Counted from the stretch's first letter, positions 8,464 to 17,799 are shown. The stretch: DNA of 64,000 nucleotides from an uncultured Planctomycetaceae bacterium (GCA_964631945.1 CAZWAY010000005.1:53669-117668); one strand, 5' to 3'. Made by a program: numbers and translations. Notes: generated by a model from the sequence alone, not told the origin.

Positions 8464-9318
8464 ATGAGTTCCGATGCTCCGTTCGGCCAAGAGATTCCCG
8501 AGGCGGTGCGGGCCGAGGTCGTGCGCCGTCTGCAGGACATCGAACGCGAGCACGGCGTACGCGTGCTCTTCGCGTGCGAGTCCGGTAGTCGCGCCTGGGG
8601 GTTTCCATCACGGGACAGCGACTTCGACGTCCGATTCCTCTACCTGCGACCGACAGCTGACTACTTGAGTCCATTTCACGCCCGACAGCGAGACGTCATC
8701 GAGCCGCCGATAGTGGACGAGTTCGACCTCAGCGGCTGGGACCTGCGCAAGGCTCTCGTCTTGTTCGAGCGCTCCAATCCGCCGTTGCTCGAGTGGCTCG
8801 ATTCGCCGATCGTCTACCGCGAATCGACGGCGCTGGCCCGTGGGCTGAGACGGCTGCGGAGCACGTTCTACTCGCCGAAGGCAAGCGCGCATCACTACCT
8901 GAGCATGGCGCGCGGCAACTTGCGCGAGTACCTCACGGGCGAGGAGGTGTGGACCAAGAAGTACTTCTACGTCCTACGACCGCTGCTGGGCGTCTTGTGG
9001 GTCGAACGCGGCCTAGGGCCGGTCCCGATGCGCTTCGATCTGCTCGTCGCAGAGCTGATCACAGACACGGCCCTGCGTCGCGCCATCGACGATCTCGTGG
9101 TGCAGAAGCGTGCCGGCGAGGAACTACGGCGTGGCCCGCGAATCGAGCTGATCAGTTCCTTCCTCGATCGAGAGCTCGCGCGGCTCGAGACGACTCTAGC
9201 GCCGTCGGCGACCGAGCCGCGCGACTCCGCTCAGCTCGAGGACCTCTTCCTGGACACGCTCGTCGAAGTGTGGGGGGCGGGTCTCGCGCGTTCCCCGGAG
9301 TGTTCGACGGGTACTTAG
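8464..9318 (+). CDS. Predicted nucleotidyltransferase (COG3541 / Nuc-transf-like)
   Basis: Pol-beta-type NTase motif FACESGSRAWGFPSRDSDFDVRFLY plus a C-terminal helical domain. Markedly lower GC and different codon usage (TTG, CTA, AGT, ACA, GAT) than its neighbours. Its TAG stop abuts the TGA of the convergent GH20 gene. Confidence 0.7.
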   Translation: MSSDAPFGQEIPEAVRAEVVRRLQDIEREHGVRVLFACESGSRAWGFPSRDSDFDVRFLYLRPTADYLSPFHARQRDVIEPPIVDEFDLSGWDLRKALVLFERSNPPLLEWLDSPIVYRESTALARGLRRLRSTFYSPKASAHHYLSMARGNLREYLTGEEVWTKKYFYVLRPLLGVLWVERGLGPVPMRFDLLVAELITDTALRRAIDDLVVQKRAGEELRRGPRIELISSFLDRELARLETTLAPSATEPRDSAQLEDLFLDTLVEVWGAGLARSPECSTGT

Positions 9319-11265
9319 TCAGCCCTCCTTGCGCAGCGCCGCGAGGATGCGCTCGAGCCAGCGCGCGGAGCGGTCGAGGCCACCGGGGCGCGAGCGCAGC
9401 AGCCACAGCTCGCGGTGACGCTGGATCAGGGGCTCGAGGAACTCGGCCAGCGTCTCGCGTCGGCGTGCCGGTAGTTCTTCGAGCCCACGACCCTCGCCGG
9501 CCTCGAGGCGCCATTCGCCGAGGAAGCAAGTGAAGCGGAGGAGCTCGGCGGCCCACGACAGTTCTTGTCGGGCCAGGACGCCCTCGGTCGTCCTGGGAGC
9601 ATCGCCGCGGATGGAATCTCCGCCGAGGGAGGTCATGCGGGCCACGCGCCGAAGCCTCTCCGTATGGAGTCCGCGCAACTCGGGCGGCGGGAACGGCTGG
9701 TCGAACCTCGTGAGCAGCAGCGACAGCGCCGAGGCGTTGCGCACGGGCCGAGCGCATTCCGTTGCGAGCCCCCCGAGTCCGCTCATTGCGCCACCGAGGG
9801 GGCTCTGCGGGTCGCCGAACAGGTGCAGGTTCAGCAGTCTGGGAAGGGGCCACACGCCGCTCCCGCGCGCGTCGGCCGTCGGATTCCAGGCGAGATCGGC
9901 CGCCCGCAGGTAGCCGCTCCAGCTCACGCTCGGCGGCTGCAGGTGCCCGCGGTCGCCCCAGTCGGTGATCAGCAGTCCGCGCGCGCCGCGCTCGGCGCCC
10001 CAGCGCGCCGCCGAGGCGACGTTCGCGAGCATGTTGTCGATGCGCCCGCCGATCGACTGCCACGAGCCCGTGCCGGGGCAGACGTAGAACGGCAGGCCAG
10101 CGTCGGCGAGCGTCTTCGTCTGTTCCTCGAACGGGTGGTCGGCCTCGTAGCCCCACAGGCACGCGACCGCGTCCTTCGGCACCTCGGGCACGAGCTCCGC
10201 ATGATTCAGCAGGATGTCGGCCCAGAACTGCATGCGCCTGCCGCGCGCGCTGACGAGGCCGTGGACCGACCTCAGGAAGCCGAGGTAGACGCGCCCGACG
10301 CCCTGCGCGCGGATCGCGGCGGCGGAACGGCCCGGCCGGCCCTCGTCGCCCAGGTCGATCGTCTCGTCGAGCCCCACGTTGAAGTCGCCGCTCGTGAAAC
10401 ACGGCAGCAACTCGTCGTAGAGCCCGCCGAGGAACGCGAGGCTCCCCGGATCCGTGGGGCACAGGCTGAAGGGCTCCGCGTGCGTCTCACCCGCGCCGAG
10501 GAACGGGTGCACGAGGCCCTCGGGCACCTCGGCCAGGTGGCGGTACTCGGAATGCTTCAGCCAGTGGTGCAGGTGCCCGAAGCTCTGCTGGTTGGGGACG
10601 AGCTCGACCCCGTGCGCGGCGCAGTGGCGGTCGAGGGCGCGGATCTCGTCGTGCGTGAAGGGATCGACGCCGCGCCAGATGCGCTCGTGCGCCCGGTAGG
10701 CGAAGGCGTGCTCGCAGTAGAGCTGCAGCTCGTTCAGCTTCCACTCGGCGAGCCGCTCGACGAGCGCGAAGAGAGCGTCCATGCGCGGCACGCGGTCGCG
10801 GCTGACGTCGAGCATCACGCCGCGGCGTTCGAACGCGGGTGAGTCCTCGATCGCCAGCGCCGGCAAGGCGAGCTCGTGCCGCTGTCTGGGTGCGCCGCCT
10901 TCTGCTCCCTCGACCTGCGCCGTGCGCACGAGCTGCAGCAGCGTGCGCAGGCCGTGGTTCAGCCCGACCCCGCGGCTCGCCACGAGGCGCACGAGCCCCG
11001 GCTCGATCGTGAGTCCGTAGCCCTCGCGCGCATGTCCCGAGCGTCCGTCGAGCACGAGCTCGATCGCCTGCGGGCCCACGCCGAGAGCCACGCCGCGGCG
11101 CTCGAGCTCGAGGCGCAGACCATCCAGCGCCGGCGAGGCGAAGCCCGGAGGCGGCCGCAGGGCGAGCGGCGGCGAGAGCCGGAAGACGCCCGGACGCCGC
11201 TCGATCCGGCGCGGCGCGGGCAGCAGGAGATCCAGGCACGGGTCGAACGCGCTCATCGCGGGCAT
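9319..11265 (-). CDS. Glycoside hydrolase family 20 beta-N-acetylhexosaminidase
   Basis: RGVMLDVSRDRVP, ELVPNQQSFGHLHHW, and DETIDLG in GH20 catalytic (beta/alpha)8 context. 648 aa. Alternative start at M4 (nt 11256). Confidence 0.85.
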   Translation of the reverse strand: MPAMSAFDPCLDLLLPAPRRIERRPGVFRLSPPLALRPPPGFASPALDGLRLELERRGVALGVGPQAIELVLDGRSGHAREGYGLTIEPGLVRLVASRGVGLNHGLRTLLQLVRTAQVEGAEGGAPRQRHELALPALAIEDSPAFERRGVMLDVSRDRVPRMDALFALVERLAEWKLNELQLYCEHAFAYRAHERIWRGVDPFTHDEIRALDRHCAAHGVELVPNQQSFGHLHHWLKHSEYRHLAEVPEGLVHPFLGAGETHAEPFSLCPTDPGSLAFLGGLYDELLPCFTSGDFNVGLDETIDLGDEGRPGRSAAAIRAQGVGRVYLGFLRSVHGLVSARGRRMQFWADILLNHAELVPEVPKDAVACLWGYEADHPFEEQTKTLADAGLPFYVCPGTGSWQSIGGRIDNMLANVASAARWGAERGARGLLITDWGDRGHLQPPSVSWSGYLRAADLAWNPTADARGSGVWPLPRLLNLHLFGDPQSPLGGAMSGLGGLATECARPVRNASALSLLLTRFDQPFPPPELRGLHTERLRRVARMTSLGGDSIRGDAPRTTEGVLARQELSWAAELLRFTCFLGEWRLEAGEGRGLEELPARRRETLAEFLEPLIQRHRELWLLRSRPGGLDRSARWLERILAALRKEG

Positions 11266-11315
11266 TGTGGCGTCGGCGCCTGGCCGCGTCGCTGGCTAGA
11301 CTGCCGCGTCTCCCG

Positions 11316-12746
11316 ATGTCCACCGCCAAGCGTTTCTCCGTCCTGCGCGACCCCGTCCACGGCGACGTCTACCTCACGCACGAGGAGCTGGCCGTGCTCG
11401 ATACGCCCGAGATGCAGCGCCTGCGCGGGGTCAAGCAGCTCGGCACGGCGTACCTGGTCTACCCCGGCGCGCTGCACACGCGCTTCGACCACTCGATCGG
11501 GGTCCTGCACGTCACCCAGCGCATGGTCGAGGCCATCAACCGCAACTTCGAGCTCGCGCCGCGCGACACGCTCGGGATCAGCGAGCGCGAGGCGCGCATC
11601 CTGCGCATCGCCGCGCTGGTGCACGACATCACGCACATCCCCTTCGGGCACCACATCGAGGACCAGGCCGGGCTGTTCGCGCGCCATGACTCCGGGCACC
11701 GCTTCCGGCGCGTGCTCGGACCCGAGCGCGAGCTCGGACGCCTGCTGGAGCGCCTGGGCGTGCGGCGCGAGGTGCTGGGCACGCTGCTGGTCGCGAAGCA
11801 GCGCGAACCGCAGGACGGCGGGCAGCTCCCGGGCGAGGCCGACGAGCGCGAGGGCATGCCCGTGCCGCCCTACTGGAGCCAGGTGCTGTCCGACACGATC
11901 TGCTCCGACATCCTCGACTACCTGCAGCGCGACGCCTACTTCACCGGGTTGCAGCTGGGGGTCGACCCGCGCGTGGCCTCGTACTTCAAGATCGACCGCG
12001 CCAGCGGCAACCTCTACCTCGACCTCGCCAAGCGCGAACTCCTGCGCGAGGACATCCTGAGCGAGGCCATCCGCCTGCTCGAGGCGCGCTACTACTTTTC
12101 CGAGCGCGTCTACTATCACCACGCCAAGGTGGCCTCGGGCGCGCTCGTGGCGCGCGCGGTCGAGCTGGCCGTGGCGCACGAACTCCTGCGCGAGGAGGAC
12201 CTGTACGACCGCACCGACGCCACGCTGCTCGAGCTCCTGGAGCAGCGCGCGGGCCGCGCCGAGCCGGAGCTCGCGCGCAACCTGCGCAGCCTGTGCGAGC
12301 GCTTCCGGAACCGCCGCCTACCGAAGCGCGCCTGCGTTTTTCCGCGCTACGAGAACAGGGCGGTGCAGGAGGATCTGGTGGCGCGCATCTTCGCGCCCGA
12401 GGCGCGCGCGCAACGCTCGGCCATCGAACGACGCATTGCCGACCTCGTGCACTTCGGGACAGGGAAACGCGTCGAGGTGATGCTGCACTGCCCCGCGGCG
12501 AAGATGCAGCTCAAGGAGGCCCGCACGCACGTGCGCTGGCCGGGTGAGAATCGCGTTCGGCCGCTGTCCGACTTCGCCGATCGCGTCCCGCGCCTGGGCG
12601 ACCTCGAGCGCGCCTACCGCGATCTCTGGAAGTTCTACGTCTTCGCCGACAGCTCCGACCCGAGCCTGCTGCGCAAGGTCCAGGAGGTGGCTTTGGGTGA
12701 GTTTCCGGGCGCCAAGAACGTGTATCGCATCGAAGGCGCAATGTAG
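11316..12746 (+). CDS. HD-domain phosphohydrolase, dGTPase/SAMHD1-like dNTP triphosphohydrolase family
   Basis: Start MSTAKRFSVLRDPVHGDVYLT at residue 18 of ORF 11265..12746. HD motif RFDHSIGVLHV...ALVHDITHIPFGHHIED, and a C-terminal YYHHAKV region. Confidence 0.85.
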   Translation: MSTAKRFSVLRDPVHGDVYLTHEELAVLDTPEMQRLRGVKQLGTAYLVYPGALHTRFDHSIGVLHVTQRMVEAINRNFELAPRDTLGISEREARILRIAALVHDITHIPFGHHIEDQAGLFARHDSGHRFRRVLGPERELGRLLERLGVRREVLGTLLVAKQREPQDGGQLPGEADEREGMPVPPYWSQVLSDTICSDILDYLQRDAYFTGLQLGVDPRVASYFKIDRASGNLYLDLAKRELLREDILSEAIRLLEARYYFSERVYYHHAKVASGALVARAVELAVAHELLREEDLYDRTDATLLELLEQRAGRAEPELARNLRSLCERFRNRRLPKRACVFPRYENRAVQEDLVARIFAPEARAQRSAIERRIADLVHFGTGKRVEVMLHCPAAKMQLKEARTHVRWPGENRVRPLSDFADRVPRLGDLERAYRDLWKFYVFADSSDPSLLRKVQEVALGEFPGAKNVYRIEGAM

Positions 12747-12961
12747 CCCCAAGGCCCCGCGCAGGCCGTCCGCGCCTCGATTCGGAAACTTCGGACGAAA
12801 CCGCTGTCCGGAGTCGGAGTACTCGGCAATGGAACCTGTGAGCGACTTGCTCCGTCCGATGAGCACAGCAGTTCGGTGTGACCAGTGAATGACCGTTGAA
12901 CGATCGAGTCGACGATTCGCTACGACGTGACGACCTGATCCCGAGGAGGGGATTCGAACCC

Positions 12962-13162
12962 GTGGAATCAACTACGCAACTCCTGACCAAGAGCGCGCTG
13001 TGCCCTGAGTGTGGAGCCGAGGTGCGACTCGTTGGTCGACTCCTGATCGGCGAGGTCTTCGGCTGCAGCCAGTGCAAGGCGCAGATCGAGGTCGCGAGCT
13101 GCGACCCGCTGGAGCTCGAGCCGTTCGCCAAGGTCGAAGAGGAAGAGGAAGACTTCGTCTAG
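12962..13162 (+). CDS. LysW-like zinc-ribbon small protein (amino-group carrier protein family) with acidic tail EEEEEDFV
   Basis: ALCPECGAEVRL...GEVFGCSQCKAQIEVASCDPLELEP matches the LysW zinc-ribbon pattern (CPECGAE.RL / C..C.A..EV...DPL.LEP). An in-frame GTG at 12962 is preceded by a perfect GAGGAGG at 12943-12949. The ORF track starts at ATG 12896 with no RBS. Low-GC islet. Confidence 0.55.
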   Translation: MESTTQLLTKSALCPECGAEVRLVGRLLIGEVFGCSQCKAQIEVASCDPLELEPFAKVEEEEEDFV

Positions 13163-13284
13163 CGCCGGCGCGGCGGGAGCGCCCGAGACCTTTGGAGGGG
13201 GTCGTCGCAGTGGGGCTGTCCCGCTGCTGGACTTGCCGGTGCGGAAACGCATGAGCGTTTCGACGCGCTAGACTTCGCGCGCTC

Positions 13285-14406
13285 GTGCTCCCGCTCCTCG
13301 CCCTGATCCTGGCCGCCGCCGGGGCCCACCCGAGTTCGCTCAGCCGCACGCAGATCCGTGTGGCCGGTCCGCGCGCGACCGTCGAGCTGCGCTTCCAGGC
13401 CCTGTCGCTGCTCGAGGCGCGCCCCGAGTTCGAGCGCGTGCGCGACGGCTTCCTCGATGCCGAGGAGCTCGCGGCCGCGCGTGCCGAGATCGAGACCTAC
13501 CTGCTGGCCGAGCTGCGCCTCCTGCGCGTGGTCGCCGGGCGCGAGGAGCCGCTGCGCGGGCAGGTCTTCGCGCTCACGTCCGAGGATCCGGCCCGCCTCG
13601 GGCCCCTGGACCTGCAGAACGTCGAGGTCCAGTTCCTGTTCGAGGCCCAGGAGGACCTGGAGGTCCTGGTGGTGGAGTCGCAGCTCTTCCACGAGACCAA
13701 TCCCTGGCACCAGGACTTCACCACCGTGGAGTGGAACGGGGACGCGCCCGTGCACCACACCTTCGAGGGCGCCGAGACGCGCTGGCGCTTCGAGCCCGCC
13801 CACGTGCGGCGGCCCGGCGTGTTCACGGTGTTCCTGCGGCTCGGGATCGAGCACATCCTCGGCGGCTACGACCACCAGGCCTTCCTCCTGGCCCTGCTGG
13901 TGGCCTCGCGTCGCGTGCGCTCGCTGGTGGGCGTGGTCACGGCCTTCACGGTGGCGCATTCGATCACCCTGGGGGTCGCGGCGCTCGGGCTGGTGCACCT
14001 GCCGTCGCGCTTCGTCGAGCTGGCCATCGCGCTCTCGATCGCCTACGTGGCTTGCGACAACCTGCTGCGGCGCGCGGCACGCGATCCGTGGCTGGAGGCC
14101 TTCGCCTTCGGGCTCCTGCACGGCCTCGGCTTCGCGGGCTTCCTGGGTGCGGCCCTGAGCGGCGAGCCGCTGATCGTGACGGCCCTGTTCGGCTTCAATC
14201 TGGGGGTGGAGCTGGGCCAGCTCGCGCTGGTCTCGGCCTGCCTGCTCGGATTTGCCGTGCTCTTCCGGCGCTGGCGTCGCGCGCGGGACGGCGCGTCGCA
14301 CCCGGGCCTGGTCCCGCCCGCCGTGCGCGACGGCGTCTCGGTCGTGGTGGCGCTGGCGGGCTTCTACTGGTTCTGCGAGCGCGCCGGCTGGCTGCCCTGG
14401 GGCTGA
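13285..14406 (+). CDS. HupE/UreJ_2-family membrane protein with N-terminal secreted domain
   Basis: GTG start with a signal-like N-terminus VLPLLALILAAAGAHP. Signature GIEHILGGYDHQAFLLALLVAS followed by multiple TM helices. Confidence 0.6.
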   Translation: MLPLLALILAAAGAHPSSLSRTQIRVAGPRATVELRFQALSLLEARPEFERVRDGFLDAEELAAARAEIETYLLAELRLLRVVAGREEPLRGQVFALTSEDPARLGPLDLQNVEVQFLFEAQEDLEVLVVESQLFHETNPWHQDFTTVEWNGDAPVHHTFEGAETRWRFEPAHVRRPGVFTVFLRLGIEHILGGYDHQAFLLALLVASRRVRSLVGVVTAFTVAHSITLGVAALGLVHLPSRFVELAIALSIAYVACDNLLRRAARDPWLEAFAFGLLHGLGFAGFLGAALSGEPLIVTALFGFNLGVELGQLALVSACLLGFAVLFRRWRRARDGASHPGLVPPAVRDGVSVVVALAGFYWFCERAGWLPWG

Positions 14407-15923
14407 GAGGCTCCGCTCGCCGCCGCCAGCAGGCGTTCGATGCGCTCGACGTCCTCGCGTCCGAAGCCGCGCGTGGTGCGCGTGAGCTCGCGCGCACGCG
14501 TGAGGTGCGCGACGGCGTCCGCCGGCCGTCCGGCCTCGAGGTACAGCGCGCCGAGCGCGATGCACAGGCGACCCTCGGTCTCGGGCCAGAGCTTCGTCTC
14601 GCGCGCGAGCTCGGCGCTGGCCTGGTCGAGGGCGCGCTCGAGGCCCGCCGGCGAGGCCGCGCCGGCCGAGCGCACCAGGTCCTCGAGCAGGCTCGCCGCC
14701 AGCGCGGCCTGGGCGTGGGCGCGCCAGCCCAGGCTCGCCTCGGTGCGGCTCTGCAGCAGGCCGCGGTAGAGCCCGGCCACCCCCACCCCGAGCGAGAGCA
14801 GCGCCAGCAGCACGGCCGCGCTCGCCAGGCGGTTGCGGCGCACGAACAGCCAGGCGCGGCGCAGGGGCGCGGCGGGGCGGGCGGCGAGCGCCCGTCCCGC
14901 CAGGAAGCGCTCGAGATCGCGCGCCAGCTGCTCGACCGAGCCGTAGCGCGCGGCCGGATCGGGCGCCAGCGCCTTGGCCACCAGCGCGTCGAAGTCACCC
15001 CGCAGGCGTCGCGCCAGCGCGGCGGGTTCCGCCGGCGGTGCCGAGCGCGCGCGCGCGGCCGAGTCCGAGAGCACCGCGACGCTGGCCGGCACGAGCTCCG
15101 CGCCCGGTTGACCCGCGAACGGCCTGCGGCCGGTGGCGAGCTCGTACAGCACGGCCCCCAGGCTCCACACGTCGCTCGGCGTTCCGAGCGCCCCGCCCGC
15201 GAGCTGCTCGGGGCTGGCGTAGCCGGGTGTGAGCGCGCGCTCGGCGCCGACCTCGTCCGAGAGCAGGCGTGCGATCCCGAAGTCCAGCAGCTGCGGTATG
15301 CCCTCGCGCGTCACCAGCACGTTGTCCGGCTTGAGGTCGCAGTGTGCGATCAGGCGTTCGTGGGCGTGCTGCACGGCCGCGCACACCGCCAGGAACAAGC
15401 GCAGGCGCGCCTCGAGCCCGAGCCCGTCGGCGAAGCGATCGAGCGCGAGTCCCTCGACCAGCCGCGTCGCCAGGTAGGGCCGTCCGTCGTCCAGCAGGCC
15501 CGCGTCCACCAGCGGCACGATGAACGGGTGGTTCAGCGCGGCCAGCGTGCGGCGCTCGGCCTGGAAGCGGCGCAGAACCCCGGCGGCGTCGTCCCGCCGG
15601 CGCAGCACCTTGACGGCCACGCGCCAGCCCTCGGCGCCGTCCGCGCGGCGTGCCCGGTAGACGTCGCTCGCCCCGCCGCTCGAGAGGCGTTGCTCGAGGA
15701 TCCATGGTCCCGCACCGTGGCCCACGAGCTCGCTCTCGGCCGCGGGCCGCTCGAGGAACTCGGGCGCGGCCTCGGCTGCCGCCAGCAGCTCGGCGACCTG
15801 GCGCGCGAGCGCGGGATCCTCGGCCGCGAGCTCTGCGAGGCGCGCGCGGCGCTCGGGCGCGGCGAGCTCGATCAGCTCGTCGAAGGCGCGCCGCACGGAG
15901 CTGGTGATGCCGGTGGTCGTCAT
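14364..15923 (-). CDS. Serine/threonine protein kinase with TM and C-terminal helical (TPR-like) domain
   Basis: Start MTTTGITSSVRRAFDE at residue 91 of ORF 14364..16193. Kinase motifs VAVKVL, HCDLKPDNVLV, DFGIAR, and GTPGYASPEQ. TM is AAVLLALLSLGVGVAGLY. The 3' end overlaps the HupE-like gene by about 43 nt, convergently. Confidence 0.8.
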   Translation of the reverse strand: MTTTGITSSVRRAFDELIELAAPERRARLAELAAEDPALARQVAELLAAAEAAPEFLERPAAESELVGHGAGPWILEQRLSSGGASDVYRARRADGAEGWRVAVKVLRRRDDAAGVLRRFQAERRTLAALNHPFIVPLVDAGLLDDGRPYLATRLVEGLALDRFADGLGLEARLRLFLAVCAAVQHAHERLIAHCDLKPDNVLVTREGIPQLLDFGIARLLSDEVGAERALTPGYASPEQLAGGALGTPSDVWSLGAVLYELATGRRPFAGQPGAELVPASVAVLSDSAARARSAPPAEPAALARRLRGDFDALVAKALAPDPAARYGSVEQLARDLERFLAGRALAARPAAPLRRAWLFVRRNRLASAAVLLALLSLGVGVAGLYRGLLQSRTEASLGWRAHAQAALAASLLEDLVRSAGAASPAGLERALDQASAELARETKLWPETEGRLCIALGALYLEAGRPADAVAHLTRARELTRTTRGFGREDVERIERLLAAASGASQPQGSQPARSQNQ

Positions 15924-15933
15924 GGCCCGCCGT

Positions 15934-16488
15934 CTAACCGTCGGCTCCGATGCGGCGGTGCAGCCAGCCCTTGGCGAGTTGCCAGCGGCGCTTGACGGTG
16001 CGCGGCGAGAGCCCGAGCGCCGCGCCCACGGCCTCGTTCTCGAGCCCGGCGAAGAAGCGCAGCTCGACCAGGCGCGCGAGCTCGGGATCGAAGCTCGCGA
16101 GCTCCGCCAGGGCGCCGTCCAGGGCCACCACGTAGGCGTCGCGCTCGACCGCGGCCGTGCCCTCGTCCAGCGCGAGCGGTTGGCGCCCCTCACCGCGCTT
16201 CAGCGCCGCGCGCCGGCGCGCGTGATCGACCAGTGCCTCGCGCATGACGTGGGCCGCGAGCGCGACGCGCGAGGCCTCGGCCGGCGGCGGCCAGGCGCGG
16301 AGCTTCAGCCAGGCCTCGTGCACGAGCTCGGTCGGGGCCAGGGTGTGCCCGCGCCGCTCGAGCGCCAGGTAGCCGGCCGCGAGCTCGCGCAGCGTGGCGT
16401 AGGTCGCGGTGGTCCAGCGCGCGGGAGCCGCCGGTGACGGTGCGGATTCCTCCATCGAGTCGGCCCGATCATACGGGCATCCGCGCAC
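15934..16488 (-). CDS. ECF-like sigma factor of the kinase-associated type
   Basis: TELVHEAWLKL (region 2-like) and LGLSPRTVKRRWQLAKGWL (region 4). The TAG stop lies 10 nt upstream of the kinase ATG. Alternative start at M12 (nt 16455). Confidence 0.75.
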   Translation of the reverse strand: MRGCPYDRADSMEESAPSPAAPARWTTATYATLRELAAGYLALERRGHTLAPTELVHEAWLKLRAWPPPAEASRVALAAHVMREALVDHARRRAALKRGEGRQPLALDEGTAAVERDAYVVALDGALAELASFDPELARLVELRFFAGLENEAVGAALGLSPRTVKRRWQLAKGWLHRRIGADG

Positions 16489-16599
16489 GAGCGGCCGGAA
16501 GCGCGCCGCGCGCGTCGGTAACGAAGGGGTATCCGCCGTCCGGTGTAGGCGCTCGCCCTCGAGCTCGAGCCGCGCGGCACCCGTTCGAGGGCCGGGCTC

Positions 16600-17799
16600 C
16601 TAGCGCTCGCGCGCGTGCTGCACGGGCGCGTGCCCGCGCGCGGCCAGGAACACGCCCAGGCGCCGTAGCGCCTCCTGGATCGTCTCCTTCGAGAGCGCGT
16701 AGGAGAGGCGCACGTGCGTGTCGACCCCGAAGGCGACGCCGGGGATGAGCACCAGGTCCTGGGCCTCGAGCAACGCGTCACAGAATCCGACCGAGCCGCG
16801 GTCGTCGAGGTGCGCCGAGACGTCCGGGAAGGCATAGAAGGCGCCGCGCGGCGTGGCGCACGGGAGGCCCAGCTGCGCCAGCCCCTTCAGCAGGAAGTCG
16901 CGCCGCTCGCCGAAGGCGCGCCGCATCGCATCCATCTCGGGCGCGTGCGTGCGCAGGCCGGCCTCGAAGGCGTGCTGCGAGACGGCGTTGGGCGAGCCGG
17001 TCATCTGGCTGTGGAGCTTGGCCACGGCGGCCGCGAGCGGCGCGGGCGCGGCCAGGAAGCCGATGCGGTAGCCGGTCATGGCGAAGGCCTTGGAGGCGCC
17101 GTCGATGATGGCGGTGCGCGCGCGGGCCTCGCGCGAGCACGCGGCCGGGCTGGCGGCCTCGCCGCCCTCGTACACCAGCGAGCGGTAGATCTCGTCCGAG
17201 AGGATCCACAGATCGTGCTCCAGCGCGAGGCGCGCCACGCCCTCGATCTCCTCGGGCGTGAAGACGTAGCCCGAGGGATTGTTGGGCGAGTTGATCATCA
17301 GCGCGCGCGTCCTCGGTGTCACGGCCCGCGCCAAGGCCGCGAAGTCGGGGCGCACCCCGTCCCGGCGGTCGGGCGGGACCAGCACGGGCGTGCCACCCGC
17401 GCAGCGCACGAGGTCGAAGTAGCTGGCCCAGGCCGGCAGCGGCACCAGCACCTCGTCGCCGGCCTCGATCAACGCGAAGATCGCGCCCGAGAGCGCGTGC
17501 TTGGCGCTGTGGCAGATCGTGATCTCCTCGGCGACGTAGGGCGAGCCGCGCGAGCGCGTCAGGTGCTCGGCCACGGCCTTGCGCAGCGAGGGCGTACCCG
17601 CGGCCGGGGTGTAGCGCACGTCGCCGCTCTGCACCTTCTGGATGGCCGCGCTCTGGACCAGGGCGGGTGCCGGAAAGTCGGGCTCGCCCACGGCCATGCT
17701 GATCACGTCGCGCCCGGCGGCGCGCAGCGTCTTGGCGCGTTCGTCGAGCGCGAGCGTGATGGACGGTTCGATGCGGTCGATACGGCTGGCGAAGCGCAT
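16600..17799 (-). CDS. Aspartate/aromatic aminotransferase (class I PLP aminotransferase)
   Basis: C-terminal 399 aa of ORF 16600..20082, starting MRFASRIDRIEPSITLALDERAKTLRAAGRDVISMAVGEPDF. Motifs NSPNNPSG and DGASKAFAMTGYRIGF (PLP-Lys). Confidence 0.9.
   Translation of the reverse strand: MRFASRIDRIEPSITLALDERAKTLRAAGRDVISMAVGEPDFPAPALVQSAAIQKVQSGDVRYTPAAGTPSLRKAVAEHLTRSRGSPYVAEEITICHSAKHALSGAIFALIEAGDEVLVPLPAWASYFDLVRCAGGTPVLVPPDRRDGVRPDFAALARAVTPRTRALMINSPNNPSGYVFTPEEIEGVARLALEHDLWILSDEIYRSLVYEGGEAASPAACSREARARTAIIDGASKAFAMTGYRIGFLAAPAPLAAAVAKLHSQMTGSPNAVSQHAFEAGLRTHAPEMDAMRRAFGERRDFLLKGLAQLGLPCATPRGAFYAFPDVSAHLDDRGSVGFCDALLEAQDLVLIPGVAFGVDTHVRLSYALSKETIQEALRRLGVFLAARGHAPVQHARER

Noticed and set aside
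12943-12963. tRNA-like T-arm sequence GGGGATTCGAACCCGTGG (reverse complement GGGTTCGAATCCCC) that could be a tRNA 3' fragment or att-site remnant
   Set aside because: No acceptor-stem complement could be found about 70 nt away, so no cloverleaf forms. The GAGGAGG part is better explained as the RBS of the LysW-like gene, and GTG 12962 as its start.
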